64,000 nt of DNA from Gammaproteobacteria bacterium (GCA_030833185.1 JAURHQ010000002.1:4870-68869); one strand, 5' to 3'. Positions 11,359 through 22,459 are shown, counted from the stretch's first letter. Numbers and translations: made by a program. The notes: generated by a model not told the origin, from the sequence alone.

Positions 11359-13968
11359 ATGGTTGACTTCGCGCGCCAGCTTCTGCCGGTAAATATCGAA
11401 GACGAAATGCGTCAGTCCTACATGGATTACGCCATGAGCGTAATCGTGGGACGCGCCTTGCCGGACGCGCGCGACGGGCTGAAGCCCGTCCATCGTCGGG
11501 TGCTGTTCGCCATGCATGAGGCGAACATCGCCTGGAACCGGCCCTATGTGAAGTGCGCCCGCGTGGTCGGCGACGTGATGGGTAAATTCCATCCGCACGG
11601 CGATAACGCGATTTACGACACGCTGGTGCGCATGGCGCAGGATTTCTCGCTGCGCTACACGCTGGTCGACGGCCAAGGCAACTTCGGCTCGATTGACGGC
11701 GACGCGGCGGCTGCCATGCGTTACACGGAGTGCCGCCTCGACCGCATCGCCTCCGAACTCCTCGCTGATATCGACCGAGAAACGGTTGATTTCGCGCCCA
11801 ACTACGACGGCAAGGAACTCGAACCCACGGTTCTGCCGGCGCGCATCCCCAATCTGCTGATCAACGGCTCCGATGGCATCGCGGTCGGCATGGCCACCAA
11901 GATTCCGCCGCACAACATCGGCGAAGTCGTGGATGCCTGTATTGCGCTCATCGACGAGCCGGAACTCGACTTTGATGCCCTTGTGCGGATCGTGCCCGGC
12001 CCGGATTTCCCGACTGCCGGCATCATCAACGGCGCCGCGGGGATCCGCGATGCCTATCGCACCGGACGCGGCACGATCCACGTGCGCGCGAAGGCCGAGA
12101 TCGAGAATCCCGACAGCGACTCGCCCTCAATTGTCGTCACCGAGCTGCCCTATCAGGTCAACAAGGCCACATTGATCGAGAAGATTGCCGAACTGGTGCG
12201 CGACAAACGCATTGCCGGCATCCGCGAGCTGCGCGATGAGTCCGACAAGGACGGTATGCGCATGGTGCTGGAACTCAAGCGCGGTGAATCGGCCGAGGTG
12301 TTGCTCAACAACCTCTACCAGCAGACCCGCATGGAGTCGGCCTACCACATCAATATGGTGGCGCTGGTCGACGGCCAACCGAAGACGCTGGATCTCCGCA
12401 GCCTGCTGGAATGCTTCCTCAGCCACCGCCGCGAAGTGGTGACCCGGCGGACCTTGTTCGATCTGCGCAAGGCCCGCGAACGTGCGCATATTCTGGAAGG
12501 CTTTGCGGTTGCGCTGGCCAACATCGACGAGATCATCGCCACCATCAAGGCCTCGCCGACCCCGGCCGAAGCGCGCACCGCCCTGACCGCCCGCTTCTGG
12601 CCGCCGGGCATCGTGCTCGAAATGCTGGAGCGCGCGGGCTCGCAGGCTTCGCTACCTGAAGATTTGCCGCCCGAGTGCGGGCTCAAACCGGAGGGCTATC
12701 GCCTGTCCGAGCGACAGGCGCGCGAGATCCTCGACATGCGCCTGCAGCGCCTGACGGCGCTCGAACAAGACAAGATTCTCGACGAATACCGCGAACTGCT
12801 GGCGCGTATCGACGACCTGCTGGACATTCTGGCCCGGCCCGAGCGCTTGATGCAGGTCATTCGCGACGAACTGAGCGAAATCCGCGAGCAATACGCCGAC
12901 CCGCGGCGCACACGGATTGAAATCAACCACGAAGACCTCTCGACCGAAGACCTGATCGCGCACGAAACGATGGTGGTGACGCTCTCGCATCACGGCTACA
13001 TCAAGAGTCAGGCCTTGTCGGTGTATCGCGCGCAGCACCGGGGTGGCCGCGGCGTGGCGGCCGCGTCGATGCGGGAAGAAGACTTCATCGAGCGCCTGTT
13101 TGTCGCCAACAGCCACGACACCCTGCTGTGCTTCTCGAACCGCGGGCGCATCTACTGGATCAAGGTCTATAAAGTGCCGCAGGCCAGCCGCACCGCGCGC
13201 GGCCGCCCATTGGTCAACTTGCTGCCGCTGGTCGAAGGCGAACGCATCACCGCCATGCTGCCGGTAAAAGAGTTTGTGGATGACCGCTTCGTCTTCATGG
13301 CGACGCGTTTTGGTACGGTCAAGAAAACGCCGCTGCGCGATTACTCGCATCCTCGTCCGTCCGGCATCATCGCGGTCGACCTCACCGAGGGCGATAGCCT
13401 GGTCGGCGTCGCGCTGACCGACGGCGCGCGCGACATCATGCTGTTCAGCTCGGCTGGCAAGGCGGTGCGGTTCGAAGAAGCCGAAGTGCGGCCCATGGGG
13501 CGCAACGCGCACGGCGTGCGCGGCATTCGTCTCGGCGAAGGGCAAACCCTCATCGCGCTCATTCCGGTCGACCCGGAACGGCAAGTGCTGGTGGCTACCG
13601 CCAACGGCTACGGCAAGCGCACGCCGGTCGAAGATTTTCCGAAGCACGGCCGTGGCGGTCAGGGCGTCATCGCCATGCAAACGACCTCGCGCAACGGCAA
13701 TGTGATTGCCGCCGTGGCGGTCGCGCCGGAGGACCACATCATGCTGATCAGCGACGGCGGCACCCTGGTGCGCACGCCGGTCAGCGAAGTGTCGGTCATC
13801 GGCCGCAACACGCAGGGCGTGCGGCTTATCAGTCTCAGCGACGGGGAATTGCTCGTCAGCGTGGAACCGGTCGCCGATACCGGCGAGACGACCGAAGGCG
13901 TAGAGGCCGACGCGGAAGCGGGTACGGCCGCGCCCGATGCGGTTGTCGAGCCGCCGGCCGACGAGTAA
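11359..13968 (+). CDS. gyrA: DNA gyrase subunit A
   Basis: '[40 protein letters not shown]', active-site Tyr context 'AAAMRYTE', C-terminal beta-pinwheel repeats. Confidence 0.98.
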   Translation: MVDFARQLLPVNIEDEMRQSYMDYAMSVIVGRALPDARDGLKPVHRRVLFAMHEANIAWNRPYVKCARVVGDVMGKFHPHGDNAIYDTLVRMAQDFSLRYTLVDGQGNFGSIDGDAAAAMRYTECRLDRIASELLADIDRETVDFAPNYDGKELEPTVLPARIPNLLINGSDGIAVGMATKIPPHNIGEVVDACIALIDEPELDFDALVRIVPGPDFPTAGIINGAAGIRDAYRTGRGTIHVRAKAEIENPDSDSPSIVVTELPYQVNKATLIEKIAELVRDKRIAGIRELRDESDKDGMRMVLELKRGESAEVLLNNLYQQTRMESAYHINMVALVDGQPKTLDLRSLLECFLSHRREVVTRRTLFDLRKARERAHILEGFAVALANIDEIIATIKASPTPAEARTALTARFWPPGIVLEMLERAGSQASLPEDLPPECGLKPEGYRLSERQAREILDMRLQRLTALEQDKILDEYRELLARIDDLLDILARPERLMQVIRDELSEIREQYADPRRTRIEINHEDLSTEDLIAHETMVVTLSHHGYIKSQALSVYRAQHRGGRGVAAASMREEDFIERLFVANSHDTLLCFSNRGRIYWIKVYKVPQASRTARGRPLVNLLPLVEGERITAMLPVKEFVDDRFVFMATRFGTVKKTPLRDYSHPRPSGIIAVDLTEGDSLVGVALTDGARDIMLFSSAGKAVRFEEAEVRPMGRNAHGVRGIRLGEGQTLIALIPVDPERQVLVATANGYGKRTPVEDFPKHGRGGQGVIAMQTTSRNGNVIAAVAVAPEDHIMLISDGGTLVRTPVSEVSVIGRNTQGVRLISLSDGELLVSVEPVADTGETTEGVEADAEAGTAAPDAVVEPPADE

Positions 13969-13998
13969 CGGCGTCCAGCAAGGAACGGCCGGGCGGTC

Positions 13999-15084
13999 AT
14001 GAGCGAACAGGAAGCCCTGAAGGCCGTCCGCGACGACATAGACCGCATTGACCGCGAACTGCTGCGCCTGCTGAACGAGCGAGCGGCCTGCGCGCTCAAG
14101 GTCGCTCATATCAAGCGCGAAGCCGGGCTGGGCACCGATCTCTATCGACCGGAGCGCGAAGCCCAGGTCCTGCGCAACATCAAAGCCATGAATCAGGGGC
14201 CCTTGGGCGACGACGAAGTCGCTCGCCTGATTCGCGAAATCATGTCCGGTTGTCTCGCGCTGGAGCAGCCCATTACGGTGGCCTATTTCGGGCCGGCCGG
14301 CACCTACACCCACACCGCGGCGCGCAAGCATTTTGGCGGTGCTGCCACGCTGGCCGCCTGTGCGTCGATTCCCGAGGTCATCCGCACGGTCACCAGCAAG
14401 ACTGCCGATTTCGGCGTCGTGCCGATCGAGAACTCGCAGGAAGGCTCGGTCAATCAGACGCTCGACTGTCTGCGCGATGCCAGCCTGCTGATTTGCGGCG
14501 AGGTGCTGCTGGAAGTCCACCACCAGTTGCTGAGCAAGGCCAGCGACCTGTCGCAACTGACCGAAATCAGGGCGCATCCGCAGGCGCTGGCGCAGTGTCG
14601 ACACTGGCTGGACGCGCACTGTCCGGGCGCCGAACAAATCCCTGCCAGCAGTAACGCCGAGGCGGCGCGGCAAGTAATCGAACTGCCGCACGCGGCGGCG
14701 ATTGCCGGCGAAATGGCGGCCGGTCTTTACGAGTTGCCGATTCTCGCCCGCAACATCGAAGATAACCCCAGCAACACCACGCGGTTTCTGGTGCTGGGCC
14801 GGCTGGAAGTGCCACCCAGCGGGGTCGACCGTACCTCCTTGCTGTTCGTCACGCCCAATCGGCCGGGCGCGCTGCATGAAATCCTCGAAGCCTTTGCCCG
14901 CGAGCAGATCAGCCTCAGCCGGATCGAATCCCGGCCCCAGCCGCAGGGGCGCTGGGAATACGTGTTTTTTGTCGACATCGAGGGTCACCAAAGCGAGCCC
15001 CACGTGGCGCGCGCGCTGGCTCGGGTCGCCGAACGCACCAGCATGCTGAGGGTGCTGGGCTCCTATCCTCACGCCGTGCTCTAA
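13999..15084 (+). CDS. pheA: bifunctional chorismate mutase / prephenate dehydratase (P-protein)
   Basis: N-terminal chorismate mutase helix 'LKAVRDDIDRIDRELLRLLNERA'. Prephenate dehydratase 'VAYFGPAGTYTHTAA'. ACT region 'TSLLFVTPNRPGALHEIL...ESRP'. Confidence 0.95.
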   Translation: MSEQEALKAVRDDIDRIDRELLRLLNERAACALKVAHIKREAGLGTDLYRPEREAQVLRNIKAMNQGPLGDDEVARLIREIMSGCLALEQPITVAYFGPAGTYTHTAARKHFGGAATLAACASIPEVIRTVTSKTADFGVVPIENSQEGSVNQTLDCLRDASLLICGEVLLEVHHQLLSKASDLSQLTEIRAHPQALAQCRHWLDAHCPGAEQIPASSNAEAARQVIELPHAAAIAGEMAAGLYELPILARNIEDNPSNTTRFLVLGRLEVPPSGVDRTSLLFVTPNRPGALHEILEAFAREQISLSRIESRPQPQGRWEYVFFVDIEGHQSEPHVARALARVAERTSMLRVLGSYPHAVL

Positions 15085-15112
15085 GGCACGGTTCGCCAGA
15101 GTTTTACCGTTG

Positions 15113-15988
15113 ATGATTGATACTTTGTGCATTATTGGCGTCGGCCTGATCGGCGGCTCGCTGGCGCGCGCCTTGCGCGAGGCCGGCTTGGTGCGGCGGG
15201 TCGTGGGCTGTGGCCGCGACGCCGGCAACCTGACGCGCGCGATCGAACGCGGCGTGATCGACGAGGCCTTTCACGATCCGGCGCAGGCGGTGGTCGGCGC
15301 CGACATGGTGGTGGTCGCCGTCACGCTGGGCGCGACTGGCGAAATCCTCCAGCGCATTGCGCCCAGCCTGAAAGCAGACGCCATCGTCACCGATGTGGGC
15401 AGCGCCAAAGCTTGTGTGATTGAGGCGGCAAGACAGGCATTGGCGCCTTCGGCGCTGCCGCGCTTTGTGCCCGGACATCCCATCGCGGGCGCCGAAAAAA
15501 GCGGCGTCGAAGCCGCCAACGCGCAACTCTACCAACGGCACCGGGTCATCCTCACGCCCCTGCCGGAGCAGTCGGCGGCGGCGCTGGCCAGCGTGGTGGC
15601 GATGTGGGAGGCCGCCGGCGCCGAGGTGCTCTGCATGGACGCCACGCTGCACGACCAGGTGCTGGCGGCGACCAGTCACCTGCCGCATGTGCTGGCCTAT
15701 GCGATGGTGAACTGCCTGCTTGACCTCGATACCCCGGTCAACGTGATGGACTATGCCGCGGGCGGCTTCCGCGATTTCACCCGGATTGCCTCGAGCAATC
15801 CGCCGATGTGGCGCGATATCGCGCTCAACAACGCGCCGGCCTTGCTGGCCATGATCGGCCAGTTCGAAACCAGCCTGGGCCAGCTCCGACAGGCGCTGGA
15901 AGCGCGCGATGCCGTCGCGCTCGAACAGGCCTTCAGTCGGGCCAAGACGGCGCGCGACGACTATCTCTCAAGGAGCATCCGAACATGA
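15113..15988 (+). CDS. tyrA: prephenate (or arogenate) dehydrogenase
   Basis: Rossmann 'LCIIGVGLIGGSLARAL', 'GHPIAGAEKSG'. The stop overlaps the aroA start (ATGA). Confidence 0.9.
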   Translation: MIDTLCIIGVGLIGGSLARALREAGLVRRVVGCGRDAGNLTRAIERGVIDEAFHDPAQAVVGADMVVVAVTLGATGEILQRIAPSLKADAIVTDVGSAKACVIEAARQALAPSALPRFVPGHPIAGAEKSGVEAANAQLYQRHRVILTPLPEQSAAALASVVAMWEAAGAEVLCMDATLHDQVLAATSHLPHVLAYAMVNCLLDLDTPVNVMDYAAGGFRDFTRIASSNPPMWRDIALNNAPALLAMIGQFETSLGQLRQALEARDAVALEQAFSRAKTARDDYLSRSIRT

Positions 15989-17289
15989 GCGAGGCGGGAC
16001 AATTGACGGTCGCGCCGGGCGGCGCGCTGCACGGTGCGGTCCAGGTGCCAGGCGACAAGTCCATCTCGCATCGCTCGGTGATGCTGGGTGCCCTTGCTGA
16101 CGGCGTGACCGAGGTTCGCGACTGTCTGCTCGGCGAAGACGTGCGCTCGACCATGGGCGCGTTCCGCGCGATGGGCATCGAGATCGAAGAACTCGAGGGC
16201 GGCCGCCTGCTGCGGGTACACGGTCGCGGCCTGCGTGGTCTGCGGGCGCCGACGGCCGAACTCGACATGGGCAATTCCGGCACCTCGATCCGCCTCTTGT
16301 CCGGCATTCTCGCCGGTCACGGCATTCCGGCGACGCTGAGCGGGGACGATTCCCTGCGCCGCCGGCCCATGCGCCGCGTCACCGAACCGCTGGGTCGCAT
16401 GGGCGCGCACATTCACACCGCCGCCAACGGCACGCCGCCGCTCGTGATTGAAAGCGGACATCCGCTCAAGGCCATTACGTTCGAGATGCCGGTGGCCAGC
16501 GCCCAGGTCAAGTCAGCCGTGCTGTTGGCCGGGCTTTTTGCCGAGGGCGAAACGGTGGTGATTGAACCGGCGCCGACGCGCGATCACACCGAACGCATGC
16601 TTACCGGCTGCGGCGTTGAGGTCAGGGTGGACGGCCCGCGGGTCGCCTTGCGCGGCGGGCAGCGCCTCACCGCCTGCCCGATCACCGTCCCGGCCGATTT
16701 GTCCTCGGCGGCGTTTTTTATCGTCGGCGCCAGCATTGCACCGGGCAGTGAACTGCTGCTCTCCAATGTCGGCGTTAACCCGACCCGTACCGGCGTGCTG
16801 AGTATTCTGGAAGCGATGGGCGCGCGGATTGAGCGCCTCAACCCGCGCAGCATCGGCGGCGAGCCGGTCGCGGATCTCAGGGTCAGCGCTGCGGATCTGC
16901 AGGGCATTGAGGTCGACCCGGCGCTGGTGCCGCTCGCGATCGACGAGTTCCCAATCCTTTTCATTGCCGCCGCCTGCGCACGCGGCGTGACGCGGGTCCG
17001 GGGGGCGGAGGAGCTGCGGCACAAGGAAAGCGACCGCATTGCGACCATGGCCGCGGGGCTTGGCGCCGCTGGCATTCAGGTCGAGACCTTTGATGACGGC
17101 ATTGAAATTCACGGTGGCGCGCTCTCCGGCACCCGGGTGGATAGCCACGGCGACCACCGGATTGCGATGTCTTTCGCGATCGCGGCCCTGCGGGCAAGCG
17201 GGCCGATGGTCATCGACGGGGCTGCGACCATCGCGACATCGTTTCCCACGTTTGCGGCGTTGGCGCGGGCTGCCGGACTGCGCCTGTGA
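15985..17289 (+). CDS. aroA: 3-phosphoshikimate 1-carboxyvinyltransferase (EPSP synthase)
   Basis: 'LHGAVQVPGDKSISHRS', 'LDMGNSGTSIRLL', 'ELRHKESDRI'. The start is trimmed to ATG 15985 within the longer ORF 15808..17289. Confidence 0.96.
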   Translation: MSEAGQLTVAPGGALHGAVQVPGDKSISHRSVMLGALADGVTEVRDCLLGEDVRSTMGAFRAMGIEIEELEGGRLLRVHGRGLRGLRAPTAELDMGNSGTSIRLLSGILAGHGIPATLSGDDSLRRRPMRRVTEPLGRMGAHIHTAANGTPPLVIESGHPLKAITFEMPVASAQVKSAVLLAGLFAEGETVVIEPAPTRDHTERMLTGCGVEVRVDGPRVALRGGQRLTACPITVPADLSSAAFFIVGASIAPGSELLLSNVGVNPTRTGVLSILEAMGARIERLNPRSIGGEPVADLRVSAADLQGIEVDPALVPLAIDEFPILFIAAACARGVTRVRGAEELRHKESDRIATMAAGLGAAGIQVETFDDGIEIHGGALSGTRVDSHGDHRIAMSFAIAALRASGPMVIDGAATIATSFPTFAALARAAGLRL

Positions 17290-17966
17290 GCGGCGCCGCG
17301 CCGGTAGTGACCGTCGACGGGCCGAGCGGTACCGGCAAGGGCACGCTCTGCGCCTGGCTCGCGGCCACGCTGGGCTGGCATTTTCTGGATAGCGGGGCCT
17401 TGTATCGACTGGTTGGCCTGCGCGCACGCCGGCTGGGTCTGGCGCTGGAAGACGAGCCGGCGGTCGCCGCCGCCGCCGCGCGCTTACCCGTGACGTTCAC
17501 CATCCTGAACGGGGAGTTCCGTCCGCTGCTGGACGGCGCCGACGTGGCGGCCGAATTGCGCACCGAAGCCGCCGGCACCGACGCCTCCATCGTCGCGGCC
17601 CTGCCGGCGGTGCGTCAGGCACTGCTGCAGCGCCAGCGTGATTTCCGTCAGGCACCCGGCCTCGTCGCCGACGGTCGCGACATGGGAACGGTAGTTTTTC
17701 CCGACGCCGGACTCAAAATTTTTCTCACCGCCAGCCCCGAGGCGCGCGCCGCGAGGCGATATAAGCAGTTGAGCGATAAGGGGATGGGTGTTAACCTCGG
17801 CCCGCTCCTTGAGGACATCCGCCGCCGCGATCAACGGGATCAGCAGCGCGCTATCGCGCCGCTCGCACCCGCTCCCGACGCCATCATCCTCGATACCACT
17901 GAACTCGGGATTACCGAAGTGGAAGACCGTGTAAGGCAGCTACTGCGCGAGCAGGGGCTGGCCTGA
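17286..17966 (+). CDS. cmk: cytidylate kinase
   Basis: P-loop 'VTVDGPSGTGKGT', 'GRDMGTVVFPDA'. The GTG start overlaps the aroA stop (GTGA). Confidence 0.93.
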   Translation: MSGAAPVVTVDGPSGTGKGTLCAWLAATLGWHFLDSGALYRLVGLRARRLGLALEDEPAVAAAAARLPVTFTILNGEFRPLLDGADVAAELRTEAAGTDASIVAALPAVRQALLQRQRDFRQAPGLVADGRDMGTVVFPDAGLKIFLTASPEARAARRYKQLSDKGMGVNLGPLLEDIRRRDQRDQQRAIAPLAPAPDAIILDTTELGITEVEDRVRQLLREQGLA

Positions 17967-18083
17967 CGCGGCGGATGAGTATTCTTTAACCCTTAACCCA
18001 AACGTCGGGTCAAGTGCGGGCGCTTTCTCCGGGTCTCACCGGACGCACCGTATCCCCGTCGCAACATACAAAGTCAGGTAAAT

Positions 18084-19751
18084 ATGTCGGAGAGTTTTGC
18101 CGAGCTGTTTGAAAGCAGCCAAGTCGCCGCAAAGATGCGCCCGGGCACCATCGTCAAGGGCCGCGTCATTGAAATCCGCGCGGATTTCGTCGTCGTTAAT
18201 GCAGGACTGAAGTCGGAAGGTGTAATTCCGGCCGAGCAGTTCCGTAATCCTAAAGGTGAGCTCGAAGTCAGCGTCGGCGATGAAGTCGATGTGGCTCTCG
18301 ACACCGTCGAAGATGGCAACGGCGAAACCCGTCTGTCGCGCGACAAGGCCAAGCGCGCCAAAGCCTGGGACGAACTCGAAAAAGCCTGCGAAGCCGGCCA
18401 GAGCGTCACCGGCATCATCAGCGACAAGGTCAAAGGCGGTTTCACCGTCGACATCGAATCTATCCGTGCCTTCCTCCCCGGCTCGCTGGTCGACGTGCGC
18501 CCGGTGCGCGATACCAGCTACCTCGAAGGCAAGCCGCTTGAGTTCAAGGTCGTCAAAGTCGACCGCAAGCGCAACAACGTGGTGGTCTCCCGCCGCGCGG
18601 TGGTCGAAAGCGAAAACTCTGCCGAGCGCGAAGCCCTGTTCGAGAGCCTCACCGAAGGCGCGGTTACCAAGGGTCTGGTCAAGAACCTCACCGACTACGG
18701 CGCGTTCATCGACCTCGGCGGCATCGACGGCCTGCTGCACATCACCGACATGGCATGGCGTCGCGTCAAGCACCCGTCCGAAGTGGTGGCGATTGGCCAG
18801 GAAATCCAGGTCAAGGTGCTCAAGTTCGACCGCGAGCGCACCCGCGTCTCGCTGGGCCTGAAGCAGCTGGGCGAAGACCCGTGGGTCGATATTTCCCGCC
18901 GCTACCCCGAAGGCACCCGCCTGTTCGGGACCGTCACCAACATCGCTGACTACGGCTGCTTCGTCGAAATCGAGCCCGGCGTCGAAGGTCTGGTGCACGT
19001 CTCCGAAATGGACTGGACCAACAAGAACGTGCATCCCTCGAAGGTGGTTCACCTGTCGCAGGAAGTCGAAGTCATGGTGCTGGATATCGACGAAGACCGT
19101 CGCCGCATCTCGCTCGGCATGAAGCAGTGCAAGTCCAATCCGTGGGAAGAGTTCGCCGCCACCCACAACAAGAACGACCGCGTGGTCGGTGTCATCAAGT
19201 CGATTACCGACTTCGGCATCTTCGTGGGCCTCGACGGTGGCATCGACGGTCTGGTGCACCTGTCGGATCTCTCCTGGGATATCCCGGGCGAAGAAGCGGT
19301 GCGCAACTACAAGAAGGGTGATGAACTCGAAACCGTGGTGCTGGCCGTCGACGCCGAACGCGAGCGTATTTCGCTGGGCGTGAAGCAGATGGCGCAGGAT
19401 CCGTTCTCCGGCTACCTGGCGGCCAACGCCAAGGGCGCGGTGGTCACCGGTCTCATCGTGGCGGTGGATGCCAAGTCCGCCACCATCAATCTGGGCGACG
19501 GCATCGAAGGCGTGATTCGCGCCAGCGAAATCTCGCGCGACCAGGTCGACGACGCCCGCAAGGTGCTGCGTGAGAACGAAGAGATCGAAGCCATGATTAT
19601 CGGCGTTGATCGCAAGCGGCGGGTTATCAACCTCTCCATCAAGGCCAAGGAAAACGAGGACGAGGCCACTGCGCTGGAAGAATACAGCGCCGACAACGAT
19701 GGTCCGCGGACCCGACTGGGCGACCTGCTCAAAGAGCAGCTCGAACGGTAA
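18084..19751 (+). CDS. rpsA: 30S ribosomal protein S1
   Basis: 555 aa starting '[10 protein letters not shown]', with six S1 repeats ('GTIVKGRV', '[13 protein letters not shown]', '[18 protein letters not shown]', and so on). Confidence 0.98.
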   Translation: MSESFAELFESSQVAAKMRPGTIVKGRVIEIRADFVVVNAGLKSEGVIPAEQFRNPKGELEVSVGDEVDVALDTVEDGNGETRLSRDKAKRAKAWDELEKACEAGQSVTGIISDKVKGGFTVDIESIRAFLPGSLVDVRPVRDTSYLEGKPLEFKVVKVDRKRNNVVVSRRAVVESENSAEREALFESLTEGAVTKGLVKNLTDYGAFIDLGGIDGLLHITDMAWRRVKHPSEVVAIGQEIQVKVLKFDRERTRVSLGLKQLGEDPWVDISRRYPEGTRLFGTVTNIADYGCFVEIEPGVEGLVHVSEMDWTNKNVHPSKVVHLSQEVEVMVLDIDEDRRRISLGMKQCKSNPWEEFAATHNKNDRVVGVIKSITDFGIFVGLDGGIDGLVHLSDLSWDIPGEEAVRNYKKGDELETVVLAVDAERERISLGVKQMAQDPFSGYLAANAKGAVVTGLIVAVDAKSATINLGDGIEGVIRASEISRDQVDDARKVLRENEEIEAMIIGVDRKRRVINLSIKAKENEDEATALEEYSADNDGPRTRLGDLLKEQLER

Positions 19752-19773
19752 GTCCCGCGAAGAGAAGGCCTAT

Positions 19774-19806
19774 CGGCAGCCCGTGGCGTATACCCACGGG
19801 CTGCCG
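19774..19806 (+). terminator. 13-bp perfect GC-rich hairpin after rpsA (terminator or attenuator, no U-tract)
   Basis: CGGCAGCCCGTGG-cgtatac-CCACGGGCTGCCG, starting 23 nt after the rpsA stop and ending 20 nt before ihfB. Confidence 0.5.
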
Positions 19807-19826
19807 CCGTAACGCCGAGAACAAGA

Positions 19827-20189
19827 ATGACCAAGTCGGAACTGATCGAAATTCTGGTTCGCAAACAGGCGCAGCTGGGCTACCGCGATGTCGAACTTGC
19901 GGTGAAAACCATGCTCGAGCACATGGCGCAGACGTTGGCCACCGGTCAACGTATCGAAATCAGGGGCTTCGGCAGTTTTTCGCTGCATTACCGGCCGCCG
20001 CGCGTGGGGCGTAACCCCAAGTCCGGCGACCCGGTTTCCCTGCCCGGTAAGCATGTGCCGCATTTCAAGCCAGGCAAGGAACTGCGTGAGCGCGTGAACG
20101 CGCTGGACGAAGCCACCCTGCAGGCGGTTCGCGAAAGCCGCCGGGCTGCGGGCTACAACGACGACGATTACGACGACGACGACGATTGA
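19827..20189 (+). CDS. ihfB: integration host factor beta subunit with a C-terminal acidic extension
   Basis: '[48 protein letters not shown]', followed by about 26 extra residues ending '[10 protein letters not shown]'. Confidence 0.93.
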   Translation: MTKSELIEILVRKQAQLGYRDVELAVKTMLEHMAQTLATGQRIEIRGFGSFSLHYRPPRVGRNPKSGDPVSLPGKHVPHFKPGKELRERVNALDEATLQAVRESRRAAGYNDDDYDDDDD

Positions 20190-20238
20190 GCCGGGTCCAA
20201 CGGCCGGCGCCGTCACTACCCAGCGAGAGGCACGGGCA

Positions 20239-20535
20239 GTGCGCAAGTTTCTCTACTCCGTCATTGTCCTCATTTGCTTGCTGAGCGGGCTGCTCCTGCA
20301 GCTGCGCAATCCTTCTCCCGTCACGCTCGATCTCTACCTCGGGCGCTGGACACTGCCGCTGTCCCTCTTGCTTGTGTTGAGTCTCGCGCTGGGCGCGGTG
20401 CTGGGCGTACTCGCCATGCTGCCGGGACGTTGGCGGCTGGGGCGACGTCTGCACGGCGTTGAGCGTGAACTCCGCCAGCAAGCCCGCGCTGCGCCGCCCG
20501 CGGTGCGTCCGTCGGAGCCGGCCGATGGTGCTTGA
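20239..20535 (+). CDS. lapA: lipopolysaccharide assembly protein A (YciS/DUF1049-like inner-membrane protein)
   Basis: Two hydrophobic helices, sits immediately upstream of lapB, and its end overlaps the lapB start. Confidence 0.75.
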   Translation: MRKFLYSVIVLICLLSGLLLQLRNPSPVTLDLYLGRWTLPLSLLLVLSLALGAVLGVLAMLPGRWRLGRRLHGVERELRQQARAAPPAVRPSEPADGA

Positions 20536-21712
20536 GTGGCTGTTCTTCTTCACCGTCCTCTTGTTACCGATTGCGGCAGTGTCGGGCTGGATTCTGGGGC
20601 GCCGCGAACTGGCCCAGCTGGCGCGCAGACGCGAGCAGTCGACGCAGGTCGCGACCGATTATTTTCTGGGCCTGAACTACCTGCTGCATGACCGCCCGGA
20701 CAAGGCCATTGAGGTCTTCGTCAAGGCGCTGGACGTGGAAAGCGAAACGGTAGAAACGCATCTCGCGCTGGGCAATCTGTTCCGGCGGCGAGGCGAGGTC
20801 GACCGCGCGATCCGCATTCACCAAAATCTGGTGGCCCGTTCGACGCTGGACCTGCGCCAGCGCGGCCTTGCGCTGCTGGAGCTGGGTCTCGACTACATGC
20901 GTTCCGGTCTATTTGACCGCGCCGAAAACCTGTTTCTCGAACTGCTCGACATCGGCATGTACCAGCCGCAGGCGCTGCGTCATCTCATCGATATCTATCA
21001 GCAGGAACAGGACTGGGCGAAGGCGCTGGAATACAGCAGCCGGCTGGAGACGGTCAGCGGTGAAAACCGCGCGACCGAGCGCGCGCACTTCTACTGTGAA
21101 CAGGCGCAGGAGTTGCTGGACCGCGGCGCGCGCGACGAAGCCGCGGATTTGCTCGACAAGGCCCTGCTGGTCGACCGCCGCAGCGTGCGCGCCAGTCTGC
21201 TGAGTGCAGATCTGGCGGTGGCCGGCCGCGATTTTGAGCGCGCCCTCCAGCACCTCAAACGGGTCGAACTGCAGGACATAGAATTCTTACCCGAGATGCT
21301 GCCGCGGCTGACCAAGTGCTACCGTGCGCTGGAACGTCCGGACGATTTTCGCGAATACCTGACGCGGCTCGCCGGGCTGCGGGCCGGGGTGTCAGCCACG
21401 CTGGCGCTGGGCGAACTGCTGGCGGAGCAGGACGGTACCGACGAAGCCAAGCGTTACATCGTCCACGAGCTGAAAATCCGGCCGACCATTCGCGGCATCG
21501 ATCGCTTCATCGACTACGTGCTTGGCGCCGCAACCGACGAAAGTCGCGAAGATCTCCAGGTGCTGAAAGAAACGGCCACTCGCCTTATCGCGGGTAAACC
21601 TACCTATAAATGCGGGCAGTGCGGCTTCGCCGGCCGTGCGCTCCACTGGCAGTGTCCGGGCTGCAAGTCATGGAGCACCGTCAAACCCATCCACGGTATT
21701 GAGGGCGAGTAA
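20525..21712 (+). CDS. lapB: lipopolysaccharide assembly protein B (YciM), TPR plus rubredoxin-like zinc finger
   Basis: N-terminal TM helix 'MVLEWLFFFTVLLLPIAAVSGW', TPR repeats, C-terminal 'CGQCGFAGRALHWQCPGCKSW'. Start trimmed to ATG 20525. Confidence 0.9.
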   Translation: MVLEWLFFFTVLLLPIAAVSGWILGRRELAQLARRREQSTQVATDYFLGLNYLLHDRPDKAIEVFVKALDVESETVETHLALGNLFRRRGEVDRAIRIHQNLVARSTLDLRQRGLALLELGLDYMRSGLFDRAENLFLELLDIGMYQPQALRHLIDIYQQEQDWAKALEYSSRLETVSGENRATERAHFYCEQAQELLDRGARDEAADLLDKALLVDRRSVRASLLSADLAVAGRDFERALQHLKRVELQDIEFLPEMLPRLTKCYRALERPDDFREYLTRLAGLRAGVSATLALGELLAEQDGTDEAKRYIVHELKIRPTIRGIDRFIDYVLGAATDESREDLQVLKETATRLIAGKPTYKCGQCGFAGRALHWQCPGCKSWSTVKPIHGIEGE

Positions 21713-21715
21713 CAG

Positions 21716-22432
21716 ATGAGCGTAGATGCGGAGCGCACGATTATCGTGGCGCTGGATTTTGCCGACGGTCGCGAGGCGCTGGCGTTTGCCGACCAGCTGC
21801 GCGGGACAGGCTGCGCGGTGAAAGTTGGAAAAGAGTTGTTCACGCGCGAAGGTCCGGCGATTTGCCGCGCCCTGCATGAGCGCGGGCTGCGGGTGTTTCT
21901 CGATCTCAAGTTTCACGATATTCCCAACACGGTTGCCGCCGCCTGTCGGGCTGCCGCCGATCTTGGGGTGTGGATGGTCAATGTCCACGCGAGCGGCGGG
22001 CGTGAAATGTTGGAAGCTGCACGCGCCGCGCTGGGCGACGGACCGGCGCGCCCACTGCTGGTGGCGGTGACGGTGCTGACCAGTCTCGACGCGGTCCAAC
22101 TGAATGAAGTTGGGGTTGCGGCGTCCCCCGCCGCGCAGGTCGTGCGTCTGGCCCAACTTGCCGCCGCTGCCGGGTTGGACGGCGTGGTCTGCTCGCCGCA
22201 GGAAATCGCGCTGGTCAAGGCCGCCTGTGGCGCCGGCTTCCTCACCGTCACCCCGGGGGTACGACCGGCGGGCAGCGCGCAGGATGACCAGCAGCGCATC
22301 GCGACCCCTGCCGCCGCGCGGGCGGCGGGCGGCGATTACCTCGTCATTGGCCGTCCCATCACCCGCGCTGCCGAGCCGCGTTTGGCCCTCGGCGCAATCG
22401 CTACCGAGATTGCCGCCGCGCCCGCCGTCTGA
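21716..22432 (+). CDS. pyrF: orotidine 5'-phosphate decarboxylase
   Basis: 'IIVALDF', 'KVGKELF', '[12 protein letters not shown]'. Conserved lapA-lapB-pyrF order. Confidence 0.93.
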   Translation: MSVDAERTIIVALDFADGREALAFADQLRGTGCAVKVGKELFTREGPAICRALHERGLRVFLDLKFHDIPNTVAAACRAAADLGVWMVNVHASGGREMLEAARAALGDGPARPLLVAVTVLTSLDAVQLNEVGVAASPAAQVVRLAQLAAAAGLDGVVCSPQEIALVKAACGAGFLTVTPGVRPAGSAQDDQQRIATPAAARAAGGDYLVIGRPITRAAEPRLALGAIATEIAAAPAV

Positions 22433-22459
22433 TCCCTTAGCCCTCCGAGTAATGACCCT

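Noticed and set aside
12652-15228. Very long ORFs antisense to real genes. Examples: 858 aa opposite gyrA/pheA; 18036-19259 opposite rpsA; 31476-32798 opposite glyA; 23606-25165 and 23503-24867 within mfd; 3426-4910 opposite purL. Others: 6489-7820 opposite purB; 42653-44134 opposite Anbu/Mtd-like; 21668-22954 opposite pyrF/mfd; 34994-36247 and 36241-37422 opposite the rib genes; 26471-27529; 16513-17427; 45722-46873.
   Set aside because: Their translations are low-complexity Arg/Ala/Gly/His-rich strings with no recognisable motifs. The opposite or alternative frame in each case encodes a full-length, motif-rich housekeeping protein. Long stop-free antisense frames are expected in GC-rich DNA.
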